The position numbers and the translations under genes were made by a program. A stretch of 64,000 nucleotides of DNA from Vicugna vicugna (lineage: Eukaryota): NCBI GenBank assembly GCA_013265495.1, contig MU061056.1:4902118-4966117 (forward strand), written 5' to 3'. A model generated the notes under the pieces. That model worked only from the letters and a program-made list of their open reading frames with translations. It made no database searches and was not told the DNA's origin. Below, piece by piece: positions 35,041 to 48,686 of the stretch (within the stretch, counting starts at the first letter, position 1; each line of letters begins with the position of its first letter).

Positions 35041-37049
35041 AGGTTGTGTGTTTTGGGGTGGTGATGGAGAGTCTGAGGCACTGTCCTTATAATTCCTTTT
35101 TTCCAGTGAAATCTCTGCAAAGTTTAATTTGAAAATCATTATTTAGAGAATTTCTAAAATCTGGCTGTAAGTTCCTATTATTTTATGAATTCTTGGTTAG
35201 TTAAAGAAGACACTTAAGTATTTGTACAGAGTTAACATAAATCTAGGTAAATGTTTTTAAAATACTTTGCTTAGAAAATAGTCATTGTGATTTCTCAAGT
35301 ACTGTAACATTAGGCAGTTTTTGATATTCATGTGTGTGGTATATTCAACTATAAATCAAAGAAGACATTGACAAATCTTACATTTTTCTATAAGAAGTAA
35401 CTTTAAAATTATAGTAGATAGGCCATGAAAATATAAATTGCTTGAGGAGTGTAAATTTAGGGTCACAATAATTATCACAATCATAGTTTATGTGACTGAG
35501 GAGAAAGGTATGTGGGGAAAGAGTACATTCAATTTGGAAAATAAAGATAAATGCATTTCCCAGGAAGAGACAAAGGAATAATAAGAGGAGATGGGGAAAG
35601 TTGCCTGCTGTGGAAATCAGGACTAATATGCCAGGAGAGTGAAACCACAAAGATTATGCTATGAAATAGTGTCAGGCAAGCTGGCTTGGCTGCTCACTGG
35701 GAAGGGTGCTGTGGTGAACATCTGCTTTCAACAAAAAGGCAAATATCATGGCACCGATAATTCTAGGCATTTTACCAACCAGTCTCTTTGCTTAAGCTAA
35801 TTCCAGTTAGATGCACATTTCCAGTGTCTGCTGGAATTCTAGGTAGTTTGTTGATTTGGTCAACAAGCTGATGGCTTGGCAGGTCAGATGTAATCAGCCT
35901 GACTTCCAGCCTCCCTGCACATGGAGGAAGGTGGGCTACGCGGAAGGCCTGAAGGGGTGCTCTTGGATAGATTTCAAAACTACACGCAGCAGCAGGAGGC
36001 TGGCTGCAAGACTGAGCACAAATCCTGCAGGTCTGAACTTCAGTGATGTTTTAGATATTTTTAAAACATCTTAAGAGCTTTTTCAGTCTATTCAGCCAAC
36101 GTTATGCAAGGATGCAATCAGACACGTGGTAGCTGATTTCAGGCTCTACTCCCACTACCCGTACAAGAAGCTCTTCTCACACGAAACAGCCTTCTCAGAT
36201 GTTCCCAGCACAGTCATTCAGATGGCAGGGTGGGCCACATTTAGACAGTAGGGAAACACATCTGGGAAACTGCGTGCGGGAGAGGATGCCACATCACAAA
36301 GCCAACACAGTACTGAAACATGAAGGTCACAATAGGGGAACCACGTTTATGGTTTCTGTTGTTAATACACCTCCTGTCTCAATTCTGCTACCAAACAATG
36401 AACTCTCAGAGTGTCCACTGAAAAACTGCAATAATAATATTAAGGATAACCCAGCAGAACGATCAAGATTCTCTCAGACATTGAGCAGCAATACAGTTAG
36501 TCACCTTGCAGCCACGTCTACAAAACAGCCTGCAAATATCTGACCTAAAACTGACGATAAGAAGTCAAACTCACTACAAAAGAGGATCCAAAAATTCAAA
36601 GACATTTTCTTAATATGACCAACAAGCCATTCTCAAGATAAAAGAGAAAGACTAGCTAACCAATAATGAGACCCTGAACTAGGGGGAGTCATCAGCATTG
36701 AGACTGGATCCCTGTGGTCTGACTCTCTTGGTCTGGAAAGTAAGAAGATAGAGGCAAGGCAATTTTCTAAGGAGCTCTAGAGCGGCGGACTGACACTTAG
36801 GCAGGAAATTGAATACATTTCCATGCAGCATGGATGAGTATAGTTTGTGAGATGCAAAGAAACAGTAGCAGATGAACCAATAAGCTGTATGACAGCGAGA
36901 ACCTTTGAGAAAGAATTGTCGAGTAATCCATGAGAGAGTAAACTACGTACCAGGCTGTTTTTTCACTTACAAAATTACATAGCACTTGGCATTTGTGTAA
37001 ATCAACAGAGACACTTTACTTACTATTCTAGACAGTCTAAAATATCTAT

Positions 37050-37258
37050 GAAATTTATATTTGATGTCCTAAGGGCCCCTTCCCCTTTATTAAGTCTATA
37101 TATAAACCTTTACCCCGGCTGTTCCCAGAGATCCACCCTCTAAAGGATACTGCCACATCCATGGGTAGTACATTTTTCTCCTGTTAATCTCTCTACTGTC
37201 ACTTAACTCAGGTCCCCCTAGGTGGACCTAATTGGTAGAGAAGTTTTTGTTCCCAACA
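37050..37258 (+). mobile_element. 3' half of an ERV1-class LTR (5' boundary not determined)
   Basis: TATATAAA, then ttttctcctgttaatct and a terminal ggtagagaagtttttgttcccaaca that resembles ERV1 LTR U5 ends. Confidence 0.5.
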
Positions 37259-37279
37259 GTGAAAAGCTCGCAGCTGCCA

Positions 37280-37555
37280 CCACTGGACACAGATAATGTG
37301 GCTGGCATTGCTCATATCTCCATCACAGGACACTGCACAACACTGCTGCCTTGGAAACCAGAAGTAGCTGCAGCAACTGCTTGCCCTCTTACCATGTTAC
37401 CCACTTCTGCGAGGCCCCGCTCCTTCATGTCATCACTGCTGGTCCAAAGGAAGTGGGTCTGTCTGATTGGTGGAGCCCCATTGTGTGGATGGACCATTGT
37501 TTGCCTCCACTCCAGTTGCCAAGGTGAGAGTTGGGCATTTTCAGTTCAGTATTAG
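37280..37555 (-). mobile_element. Old MaLR LTR fragment (MLT1J/K-type)
   Basis: gtctgattggtggagcccc..ccagttgccaaggtgagagttgggcattttcag resembles the antisense MLT1K segment. Confidence 0.6.
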
Positions 37556-39939
37556 TACTTGAGCTCTCTCTCAAAAGGTTCTGGTTACTTCTTAAAGGAA
37601 GAGATTTTTTTTTAATTTATTTTTACCTAAAAAAATGAAACAACCTTCCCTAACCACTATATAGGCTTTGAAATCTGGCCAAAAATTCTTCACCTGGATT
37701 CGAGAGAAGAGCAATTTTTTTTTTCTTTTGGCTGGAAATTTAGGAATGCTCATTTTGGATCATAGACCGGACACAATTTAAGGCATTCAATCTGCAACAT
37801 GGCATTTAGCCCTCCACATAATTTGTGTATTAAATACCCCGCAAATTAAGTGCAAAGTTTACAAGTCACAACAAGATTGCTCTGACTGCCAAATTAGAAG
37901 CGCAGGGTGCTATGCTCAAACAATTTTTGCTTTAAACATCATTACCAATAATAATCTGTGGGATCTGAGCTCAGCTGGATGTTTGGCGGGTGATGTGTGA
38001 GGTCGCATGGAATGCAGCTGACTGCTCATCCGCTCTCAGGTAAGCAGTGCTAAGAGGTAGAAACTGGGTTTTGTGAGCTTGTCCAGTACAGATACGTGTA
38101 ATTTTACTTAGCCATTTATAAGCCTGGAGACACGTAGGCTGTCTAATTAAAAATGCCCCTTTGTACCGGCTCTTTTCAGACCCAAACTGCACTTTCATAC
38201 AAAGGAATGCATAAATGTACATGATAATTGACTCTAATGACAGGAAAAGAATGTGATGAAACATTTCCTGATACAATCTAGTCCCTGCTTGCAAAGAGGA
38301 TCAAGACTCCTATTCAATCACTGTGATTTACAACATAAAGGGTGAAGTTCTAAAGGGTGAAGTAATTTTCTTCTAAATGTAGAATATATGTATGAAGAGC
38401 AGAGGGCCTTTGTGTAATCTGGACAAGGGAAAATTATAAATGTTCTCTAGATGGAAAAGGAAAATCCCATTTGACAAGCCAACCTTCTTCACGGTCTTTT
38501 TAGTTTCTAGGTATTGAGTCAAGTTTTCAATTCCTCTTACTAGTTTGTGGTGCCGCTGATCACAGAGCAGGGAAGCTCAGTGAGCAGCATGAAAAAGACA
38601 TTATTTCTGGGCTCTCTTCCATTGTTCTTTCAGAGTATGCCTCTAGACATGCTTCCCCTGTTCTATTATGAATCCGGTACTCTTCAGAGATATGGAATGC
38701 AATTATAATGATCAAGGATCTGAGTGTTTGAAAATGAATTTTTAAAACTAAACACAGTTGTCAGGACATAATTGCAAGGCCTTCAATAAATATTCCATGC
38801 ATCTTGGAGAAAGCAGAATTTACAGCGACCTCCTTGCACACAATACTGTATAATGAAAAAGCCCAGTGTGACAGATGAATATCTGTCATCAGATGGATAG
38901 TTTATCTGATTTCTTAGAGTCATTCAACGCTGAGCATCTCGCAAAAATAGCTTTAGTTCTCTTAGGAAAAGAAATTGAAAACATACACAAACAAATAAGA
39001 CTCTGGAGCAATAAACAAATATTCCATCTGATTCAAAACAAAAGATTTCTGCCATCCAAATAATCGTCAACAGAACAGATACCTTGATACTGCATTAAAC
39101 AGCAAGCACTTGACAGCTTTAGTGTTTATAATGTGTATTATATAAGAAAAACAGGCAAAGTCAGGGGTTTTACACGTTTCCTCTGTAACAATTAAAGTGG
39201 CTTTAGTAAAAGAAATGAAAATATTCTTAGCTAATTTAAAGGCTATACTTTTAAACAGTCCAAATTATTTACTGAAACAGACTTCTGAAACCAAACTATA
39301 GGGCTAGCAGGTCATAGCTGTATCAAAATATATAATCTTTGTGACGAACGTCCATCTAAGTTAAATCTTCATTCTGTTACAAATTTAAGAATCAGATAGA
39401 TAGGACTTTTCAAATGGCCATCTATGGCCTCAGAGACTCTGTCTTGTCCATAACCTGCTTTTCTCACCTTTTTCACTATAACTCTGGTGAATGAAGCCTT
39501 GGCTTTAGAAGTGGGAGAGGCTGCGGGTTTTCTGGTCAACACAGCAGGCTCCTGGAAGGCGGCAAACAGCGCCCACTGTGCTCAGAATGTTAGTGACATC
39601 GACAACCTACTGGGAGAGAGGTTCTCGTGGCCGCGCAGAATTATGGCGGGAAGTTGGAAGGAGGGACTGTTTCTCCCCTCACGGCTACCTCCTCACCTTC
39701 CTGTCACTCCTTCTCCACTGCCCTTGTCTTTAGACTTCCACACTCCTCACCTCCCTTCCCTCTGCTGGAGGGAAGCCTCCAGTCAGAATAACTTCGCGTG
39801 AGTCGGTATCACACATCGGCCCTCACGGAGGAGAGCTTGCATTTAAATAAGATTGTAGACGGGGAATAGCCACTAAGGAAGGCTTCACTAAGGGCGTCCC
39901 TCTACCTTTCTTGACAGCTCTTACTCCCTAGCTCTTCAT

Positions 39940-40625
39940 AACACTTTTCTTCTCCGGTTCTCATTCAGCCACTGAATTGGGCTTTTTCCGTCACCATGTA
40001 GGACCCCCCACCCCCCGCCCACATGTTACAGATTGGTGCCTGCTAGGGTTCTTTCACCCCTCTACTGCTCTGCTCCTTCCAGCACTCTCCCTAGTGACCC
40101 CATCCATGTTCATGGTCCCGAACACCCACCTAACCTTTCTCCTGGGCTTCAGATTGACATCCGGCTCCATTCTGGAAATCTTCATACAATGGACTGAATG
40201 TTTATGTCTCCTTAAAATTCCGACGTTGAAATCCTAATCCCCGAGACGAAGCTGTGAGGAGGTGGGGCCTTTGGGAGGTGACGAGGTCCTAAGGGCATAA
40301 CCCTCATGAATGGAATTAGTGCCTCCAGGAAAGAGGTCCTCCAGAGTTCCCTCCTTTCTGCCCTGTGAGACTACAGTGAAAAGACATCGTCTTCGACCAG
40401 GAAATCGGTTCTCACCAGACACTGAATCACAACATCTTGATTTTGGAGTTCCCAGCCTCTAGAACTGTGAGAAATAAATTTCTCTTGTTTATGAGCCACC
40501 GAATTTATGGCATTTTGTTACAGCAGCCCAAGTGGACTGAGGCACTTCACCTAGCTGTCCTCAAATCATCTTAAACTCAACTTTCTCCAAACGGAGTTCT
40601 TCATCTTCTCTTGCACAATCCATCT
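39940..40625 (+). mobile_element. L2 fragment interrupted by the MLT1A LTR
   Basis: cactctccctagtgacccatccatgttcatggt..tttctcctgggcttcaga continues after the LTR as cacctagctgtcctcaaatcatcttaaactcaac. Confidence 0.7.
40185..40544 (+). mobile_element. Complete MLT1A/MLT1A0 solo LTR (360 bp) with 5-bp TSD
   Basis: atggactgaatgtttatgtctcc..cagcctctagaactgtgagaaataaatttct..ttgttacagcagccc..gactgaggca; perfect TSD CTTCA at 40180-40184 and 40545-40549. Confidence 0.93.
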
Positions 40626-40914
40626 CCTTGTCTGGGAGCAACTGGTGGCATCTGCATGGTCACGTGAGAACAAACTGATTGAGAGCAGGGCTTAAATTCA
40701 AGTTTCAAATGAGAGAGGTCTTCCAGGTGAAGCCAGACGTGGCAGAGGCAAAGAGGAAGTAGGGAGAGCTCTTTGTCTTTGAGTTTGGGCTACTGGTTTC
40801 AAGTCCTGCTTGGCTGCTAGGGGTGGTGGCTCTGAGTCCAGGTAGTTCTCCAGAATGGCTAGAGACCTGGAGTGGTAGAGAGAAGGGGAGCCTAGCTTTT
40901 GTGGTGAGGGGAGG

Positions 40915-41260
40915 CACATCAGTTAAGAGTAGAAGTTAATTGCTAGCAGTAGAAATCTGAAATAACAGTAGCTCAGACAAGAAAGAGTTTCGCTTTCTCT
41001 CCAGGTGGAGCCGACTACCTGTGGTCCAGGACTGGGATAGTGGTACCATGATGACTTCAATGCTCCAGGCTATTCTGTTTTTAATTCCTCCATCCTCAGC
41101 TCTTAGTGCTTATCCTCAAGGTCATTCAGGGTCATCCACAGAAAAGGCTGCTGAAGCTCCGCGTTTTGTTTAGAAAAGAAGGGAGAGGAACAAAGGAACT
41201 TCCCTGCAGCTACAGCCGATGCATTCTGCCGGCATCTCATTGGCTATCCCCACTGGAAAG
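40915..41260 (-). mobile_element. Old MaLR LTR (MLT1J/K-type)
   Basis: tcagtta..ttgctagcagtagaaatctgaaataacagtagctcagacaag..tcctcaaggtca..aaaggctgctgaagctcc. Confidence 0.65.
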
Positions 41261-41329
41261 GAAGGCTGGAAAAAAATTTTTTTTTTTTTGCACCGACTAA
41301 TGTACTGTTTCTCTTTGTTAAGATGGCTA

Positions 41330-41960
41330 CTGGCTATTAAGGAGGAAACTAGCAGTTTGATATATGAGGGATTCTGAAAATAAGCTTGAGCTTTTAAACA
41401 CATATAAATGTTTGTGCTCTCTAGAATCATGCCATTGGGCAAAGCCCCTCCAGAGTTATCTGGAAATTTTCTTTGAGTCTGATATCTCCTCACCCACTAC
41501 ATCCAGTCAGTCACCAAGACCTGTACATTTTAATTCCGTGAACGTAACTTGAATCCATTTCCTTCTCTTCATTCCTGCCACCAATCCCCTCGTGCAGGCC
41601 CTTCCCAGTTCCATTACTGCAACTACCTCCTAACTCTGCCCTTTTAGTCAGAGTCGGATAATTAACAACACCAGCTATGGGGCTGGAATCCTGGCTTTCC
41701 TGGGCAGATTAAATAAGATAATATACATAAAGCACTTGCCTGGTACCTGGCTCACAGTAAGCATTCAATATATATCAGAAATTATTTCTATCTTTCTTTT
41801 AAAAAATTAGTTTCCATGTTGAATTGGAATAATTTGTTTAAATAGCTGATTCTTTTCACTATTAAGTGTTTAAAGATAGGAGTCTGTCTTATTTCTCTCT
41901 TATTCTCTAACGCCTAACACAACCCCTAGCACATGGTTGCCTCTAGAATGAATGAACACA
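41330..41960 (+). mobile_element. L2 fragments with an intervening MIR
   Basis: catccagtcagtcaccaag..ctgccaccaatcccctcgtgcaggccc; MIR-like aaagcacttgcctggtacctgg; L2 end cctagcacatggttg..gaatgaatgaa. Confidence 0.6.
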
Positions 41961-42184
41961 GTCCCTCTCTGAGACTGATGTACTGCGGACGCAGAGCAGA
42001 CAGACTTCATGGAGCCCCACAGGTCACACGTACAGGTGACTGCCTGTTATTTCTCCTTGTTGGTCCTGTTGGCAGCAGATCAAGTGTCTCTATCTCTCAT
42101 ATTTTTTTCTCTAATCTCAGTCTTGACTCTCATTTCAGGCTCCTGATACTTCCCCTTTGAATTTTTTCCTAGTTCTTTAGGAGT

Positions 42185-42380
42185 CTGTATATAAATATAT
42201 TAATATAAGTATTAATATATTACATAAATTTTATTATGTATATTATGTAATTATATATTATAATTTACATATATTATATATTTTATAGATGTGGCATCTT
42301 TATATAACATAAATAATATGGTATACATTCATATTTCTTTGTATATATTTAATAATATGTGTATATATTATATATCACAC
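42185..42380. repeat. AT-rich low-complexity (TA-rich) tract
   Basis: Directly visible. Confidence 0.85.
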
Positions 42381-42429
42381 AGATATATCTTACTATTCAA
42401 AAAGAGAACACCTGGAAAATAGTAGTGGC

Positions 42430-43190
42430 AATGATGCTCATAGTTAATATTTTTAGCACTTCCACTGTGCCAGGGGCTCTTAAAAATGCTTTTTATAAAT
42501 CAATTCATTTAACTCTCACAACTCTATGGGGCAGTCCAGTTTTTAATCCCTACTTTTCAGATGAGGAAACTGAAGCACCGAGAGGTTAGATAATCTTCCC
42601 AGGGTTTGGACTCGTAGGAGGGAGAGTCAGTGTTCACTGGGTCTTATCTGAGTCTCAGTCTCCCTGTTTTTCTTCCTCACAACTTTGATTTTCCCCCCTT
42701 GTGTTTCTAAACATTTTAAACTCTCAGTCACACAGTGTGTCCTAATTTATAAATCACTTTCACATACGTGATCATATTTGATCTTCCTAATAATTCTCTG
42801 AGGTGAGTCAGGTAGGTTTTGTTACTTCCGCTTGACAAATGAGCAAAATGACGTTCATAGGCATTGTTACTGTTACTTAGGGTGTTGGTTCTGGAAGTGC
42901 CCCAAAGAATATCTCGTCCAACCTGCTCATGTTGAGGAAAAGTGGAATGTCTTTCCCTCCTTCCCACGGCTAGTTGCTGTGCTAACAGCCTGTCTTCACA
43001 GCCGGGGGCTGTGAGGGTTATATTGACTTTGGAACCAATTATTCAACTTCTCTGATCCGCAGTTTATTCACTTATAAAATGGGGATATTATTACTTACCT
43101 CATAAGGCTGTTGTGAAAGACAAGTAAAGTCAGTGTGTAACTGGCCTAACATAATTCAGGTACCTCTTAAGTACTCAGCAGATGTGGGTT
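42430..43190. mobile_element. Cluster of three MIR fragments (about 42430-42620 minus, 42730-42870 minus, 43020-43190 plus)
   Basis: ttttcagatgaggaaactgaagcaccgagaggtt; gatcttcctaataattctctgagg; cagtttattcacttataaaatggggatattattacttacctcataagg. Confidence 0.75.
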
Positions 43191-43399
43191 ATTTCACTCT
43201 CTTCGGTCTTTCCTCCTTCCTTTCTAAAGTACTTGTGAGGATATAGTAAGATAAACATTTTTTTCCATGTTTTGTATTATATTCTGCACCGTGGAGCTCT
43301 GAAACGGAAACCCCCCATAATCTCCTTTCTTAATCTTGTTCCTGAAGTAGGAGAAGTTCTCTTCCTTTAGTTCAAATCACCTTTTTTACTTCCTGTAAT

Positions 43400-44070
43400 C
43401 CTGTTTGGCTCCAGAAAACCCTCCAGGCTCCATCAATCAGGTCACTTCCACTTCGCCAGGTTCCGTTTCCAGCCTAAACTCTGCCGTCCATCATTTCAAT
43501 CACCCTCTGGCCACTAATTTTTTTTTTTTTAAGTCTCCCGCTCTTTTTGCTCAGCAAAACTCCAGGCCCCAATCAGTCCAAGCCCTGAATTTCTCTGCCT
43601 GAGCCCTGCTGCCTCTGAGGACGGCCAGGCACTACACAAACTTGGCCTCACCTCGATGGGGCCCTCAATTTCACACGGCAATATTGTTTTCAGTTTTAGT
43701 CCCATTTCCTCAGCGGCTCTTCACAGCTCTCACCTCATTCCTCAAACTCCCGACCTCACCACCTCTCCCATCCCTCTCAGCAAAAACGGCTTTGCTTCCT
43801 ACTCTGCTGGAAAAAAATCAGTCATCCTTAAGAATAATCACAGACATCAGCTGAGAGCCTCTTACATGCCAGGCACTGTGCCGGGTCCTTTATTTGCATC
43901 ACCTCAACTAGTCTTCACCAGAGCTTCCTAAGGTAGATACAGGTATTAGTGGTTCATTTCAGAGCTGAAGCAGCAGAGGTGAAGAGAGGTTGGGTAATCT
44001 GCCCACGAGGGGCCCCGCTGGGGGGTAACAGCCATAATTCAAACCCTGTGGATTATCTCCAGAGCCCACA
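43400..44070. mobile_element. L2 fragment (plus, about 43400-43830) followed by MIR (minus, about 43850-44070)
   Basis: Pyrimidine-rich L2 body; cttacatgccaggcactgtgc..tcatttcagagctgaagcagcagaggtgaagagaggtt. Confidence 0.65.
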
Positions 44071-44545
44071 TTATGGCAGCAAATAAATCCTTCAGGTCTG
44101 TCTCTTCTAAACAACAAACGTATCTTCGTTAAAAATTAGGTTTAAGAAAAATTAGGTTTAATTTTTTTTCTTAGTTATTCATGCACATAATTTAAAGGTA
44201 CAAACAGGTATGAAAAAAACAGTCCCTGACTTTCTTATCTTTCATTTCCTCTTTTACAGAAGCAGCTGCTTCTAGAGGACTCTTTGGGCGTTTATAGCCG
44301 TATTTCTAAACATCATGAGTATGTGGCTACTTAGAGAGCTGTCCATTTTTGACCACTTTCTATTAACTTCCTGCAAGGCAGGGTGAGGATGAGCTATTTC
44401 ACATGGCAAGACCTCCTCCTTCTCAACACATATACCACGTTTTCTTTCTTTTCCTCATTTCCTACAGGTTACATTTATTTGTATATTGTAAAATGTGAAT
44501 ACCAAGCACACTAAGCAATTACTTTTTCTTTCCTGAACACTGTGG

Positions 44546-45051
44546 TGTAAGTCCTAACGTGGAGGCCCAGTGTTACGTGCTGCCTTGGCATCTGCAGAAA
44601 CCAGGAGGGCTTCAAAAGATCAAGCACACGTTTCCCTTCCTTGCTCTGCTCCCATGGATAACATCCCTCAGTCAAGCAACCCTGCTTACCAAGGGGACCA
44701 GGTGCAACTCCTGCCTGTCTCTGAGCAATGAATTTCAGTTCCCTGCTGGCATATGACATTATTCACACAAGCCAGTCACATCCTCCCAGGAGGAACCAGG
44801 GGCCACCTCAACCTCTGGACGCTGCAAAGCCTGCCTCCCACCGCCCCTGCTGGTTCCCTCTGTTCTTGAGAGCAGCCTCTGTGTGGTCCTGCGTGGTGTG
44901 TGGCGTTCTCCTCCCCCAGGCTGTACTTGTTATTAATAAACTACTGCGATTGCATCTGCCCAGTGTCAGGTATCCTGTGTTCAGCCATCCCATAACCCTA
45001 GGCTGGGAATTCCTCCCTCACCAAAGGGACGGCTAGGAGGCAATTAAAACG
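44546..45051 (+). mobile_element. Apparently complete MER90-type ERV1 solo LTR
   Basis: tgtaagtcctaac..tgttacgtgctgccttggcatctg, cagttccctgc, caagccagtcacatcctcccaggaggaaccagggg, aataaactactg and gccatcccataaccctagg..cctccctcacca..aattaaaac follow MER90a as I recall it. No TSD seen. Confidence 0.75.
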
Positions 45052-46350
45052 CACATCTCTTGTGTTTCTTGGATTAATAATAATCTGCTTGGTTTTCCCG
45101 ATCCTCTTCCCAGTTGTGTAAATGTCCTCTGAATCCCTTCACCCCTTAATGTTAATTTCCTCTTCTTGGAAAAGCCTCTTTTTGGAGCCTCCGGCCTGCT
45201 CGAGTCTGGCCTGTGGATGATTAGGCCTGCCCTGCAGCTGTCACCTTTTTGAGATCTTGCATGTCTGAAAATGTTATTCTCACACTTACTTGATCGCTTG
45301 GCCAGGTTTAGAATTCTTGGCTGGAAGTTATTTTTCCTCGGAATTTTGAAGCCATTTTCCATGTCCTTCAGTTTCCAGCATTGCTGTGGGGAAGTCCAAA
45401 ACCGTTCAAACCCCTAATCCTCCATATGTGACCCGTTTTTCCTCTGGTCTATGGGAAAAATAAATCCCTCCTTCCTCCCCCAACTTCTTTTAATTTACTA
45501 ATGAAATTTGCTGCTGTGGTTCTCTTTTCATTCATTGAATTTGGCACTTGCTGGGTTTTTCTGATCTGGAAACTCATGTCCTTCACTTCTGGGGAAACTT
45601 TCGTGTCTTTTTCACTGGATGATTTTCTCCATTCCATTTTCCTTTCCTATTCTCTCTTTCTGGAACTCATATTACATGGCTATTGGCTTGCTTGAATAGT
45701 TCTCTAATTTTCTTATGTTTTTCTCTTATATCCTGTTTTCTGTTTGTCTACATTTTTTCTGATTGCTAGATTTCTTCACCTTATCTTCCAGCCTTTCTAT
45801 TGAGGTTTCCATTTCTATTGGTATATTTTGTATTTCAAGATTTTTTTCCCCCCAGGGGTCTTTTTTGGGTAACTGTGCTTGGACGGATTTGATAGCGGGC
45901 TTCACTAGGGGGTGGGTTGGCTGGCTATTTTGCAGACTCTCAAATGTCAGTATCTTTGGGTTTTGTTTGTTTTGTTTGTGTTTTTTTTTTTTTTTTTTTT
46001 TTGGTGGTAAAAAATTTTTTTTTTTTTTTTGGTTGGTGGACCCGATTCTCCTTGGAGGGCACTTCCAAATGCATGCCTGGAGCAATAGCCCACACTGGCA
46101 GCAGTCTGCAAGAGGATTCCTCCAATCCGTGAGTCTCCTGCAAATGGGGAGATGTACATTAGGCTGCTTTCTAGCTTTCCCACCGCCAGCTTCCCCAAGT
46201 CTGCTAAATCAGCGACCACACATCCATCTGCTTTCCAGGTTTCAAAATTATATCACTGATGTTTACATTCCTTTTGGATTTTTATACTTCTGTGTATTAA
46301 TAGCTGTACCGTCATCTGCGTGAGATTTGGGAAAGAGTTGAGGCTAATGC
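45052..46350 (-). mobile_element. Old L1 (L1ME-type) ORF1 and 5' region
   Basis: Minus ORFs give ORF1p-like peptides: FKIPRKNNFQPRILNLAK (C-terminal domain), PEVKDMSFQIRKTQQVPNSMNEKR (RRM) and IERLEDKVKK (coiled coil). Confidence 0.85.
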
Positions 46351-47935
46351 ATGTGTTTACTTTTTGTCTCTTTATTTCTGTTTCTACCCATCCTTTCCTC
46401 TCATTTCAGTTAACGTTTTTGCTAGTCTAAGGTTATTCCTTCACCTGACATTCAAATGCAACATCCTTCTGTCTTTTCAGAGGTCTCACTCCAATCGTCA
46501 TCCCTTCTCTGTTTTGTACTTTTGATCCTGTGTTGGCTCTTTCTTGTTAGTTTTAAACACACTGAGATAATCCCATCCTTAGACATTTCTTTGAACTGGT
46601 ATCTTTCTCATGCTCACTCATTTCTTTTTCACGCTGCCATCCTAATTTTACTCCTTTTGCAGTCAAGCTTGAAAGCATCCCATGTACTTGCTTCTCTATT
46701 TCCTTTGAGCTCATTTACAATTCTACCCATGGAAAGGGACTTGCAGTGAAATCCACAATGATTTTCATATTGTCAAACCAATTGACACTTTCCTCTCTTA
46801 AGTTTACTCTGCTGCTCTATGGTACTATGGACCACATTGACTTTTTTTCTTTTTAGTTTTTATTTTATTATTAAAAGGAAGTTTATCCACAATTAAAGCA
46901 ACACATACTCATTATATAAATTTGGAAAAGAAAATATATATATATATACAGGAAGGAAAAATGAAGCCCTATCTTTAAACAGACATAACTCCTGCTAAAC
47001 TTAGGATGTATTCTCTTCCAAACTTTTTGCTAAGTATGTATTATTTGCATAATTGGATATATATTCACATGAAGTTGCAAATTCTGATTTTCTAATAGGC
47101 TCTACATCTCTATATCCAATTGTCTTGAGAATCTCTCTATATGTCTTACAGAAGCCTCAAATACAACATTTTCAAAGGAATTTTTCAGAAAATTGGTTAC
47201 TTTTAAATTTCCTGTCTCAGTCAATGTATGGTATCACTCCCCCAGCCAACTGGTGAAGTCCCAACTGTGTGACGTCCCTACCTTGTCCTTCTCCCTCCTG
47301 TCTTTCCTTTAAAGAGTCATGAGGGCCTTTGAATTCTGCCTCTTTAACAATTTTCGTTTAGCTCCTTGCGGTTTCTACCTTAGCATCATCCCTTTAGGTT
47401 AGCATCTCACCTTTTTTGCTGAAATTATTGCATTACCACCTAATTAAAATTCCTGCCTCTCTTTTAAACAGTTGCTGTAAAATACTTGCCCAATCATGTC
47501 ATTAACTTATTCAAAAACCCTTCAACATCTCTCTTGTTGAAGATGTTCAGAAGCACAGAGCTTTCGCGTGTCTTTCAGCTGTCTTGCCTCTTTCCCTAGC
47601 TTTTGTTTGTTCTATTTCCCCATATCTATTTCATATGGAAAAATGGGTCATGCTGTTCCTTTCCTTAAAATTACTTAATTCTCTTCTCTTTCCCCCTCTT
47701 CTTATCTAGGTAACTTCTACACATTCTTCAAAAGGATGAGCATAACCACTTCAGAGAGGCTCGCTTTTATCTCCTAATCTAATTTAGAAGCGTCTCCTTG
47801 TGCTCTCACATTACCCTCTGAACGCACTTATCCTATCCACAATGATGATTTACTTCGCAGTTTCTTCTGCTAAAGGGCTTCAGAGTCAAGTCTATGTATT
47901 ATTTAGCTTGGTATTCCTACTGTCTAATCTAGTAC
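46350..47935 (+). mobile_element. L2 LINE fragments (with L1 inserts)
   Basis: gaaatccacaatgattttcatattgtcaaacc; cccagccaactgg..ccttgtccttctcc; ttcaaaaccct; L2 end near 47935. Confidence 0.65.
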
Positions 47936-48686
47936 TTGACAAAAGATAGGCTCTCAACGTTAAAGAATTACTTTCCCATTCAGATTTTTGTATGGATGTT
48001 CTGTTTTCAAGGGGAGCCATTTTTGAGTTTACAATTCTTTTTCAAGTGTTTGAAGGGAGAATGTGTGGGTGTGAGGGAAGCGAAGAAGGAAAATAATCAT
48101 CACAAAGGATTATTTCAAATTATCCTTACAGGTTTTTCATTCTCATTTTCAGGATAGGGCTAGAATTGAACCAAAGTGTGGAAGTGGGAAGAGATGGGAA
48201 GTTCCCTTTTTCTTGAAAGTCTAATGCAACGTATTGCGAATTTTCAAAGGGAAATCATTGCAGAGTAGTATCATTGAAGTACTTTGATAGATAATTGATT
48301 GTTTGTGTTTGTGTATGCATATTCTTGCCAAATTACATGGCATGACAATAAGAAAAACCCTATCATTTAAAATGACACGCTTTAAATAGTGAATGCTAAA
48401 ACTCATATCCAAGTTGTCCTACTAATAGGTGAGCTGTCATTAATTTTCCACATAAAAGTTGTCTCTGTGTTTATAGACAAAGCTTTTTTCATTACATGAT
48501 AAGCTTCATTTTTTTTCCTCCCTGTGGTATTTCTCTCTTAGCTCACTTAGATGATAAAGCATTTCACATTGAGACCTGTAATTTCCTCAATTGCATTACC
48601 TCAACGTGAAGGTTATTTGGCTTCAGAAACAAGTCATCACATGTTTCATAGTAGTTTATGGGTCCTAATCATGATACCTCTTTACT

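Noticed and set aside
45763-46323. Longest ORF in the track (186 aa)
   Set aside because: Antisense to old L1 ORF1, with poly-Phe from T-tracts and a non-ATG start.
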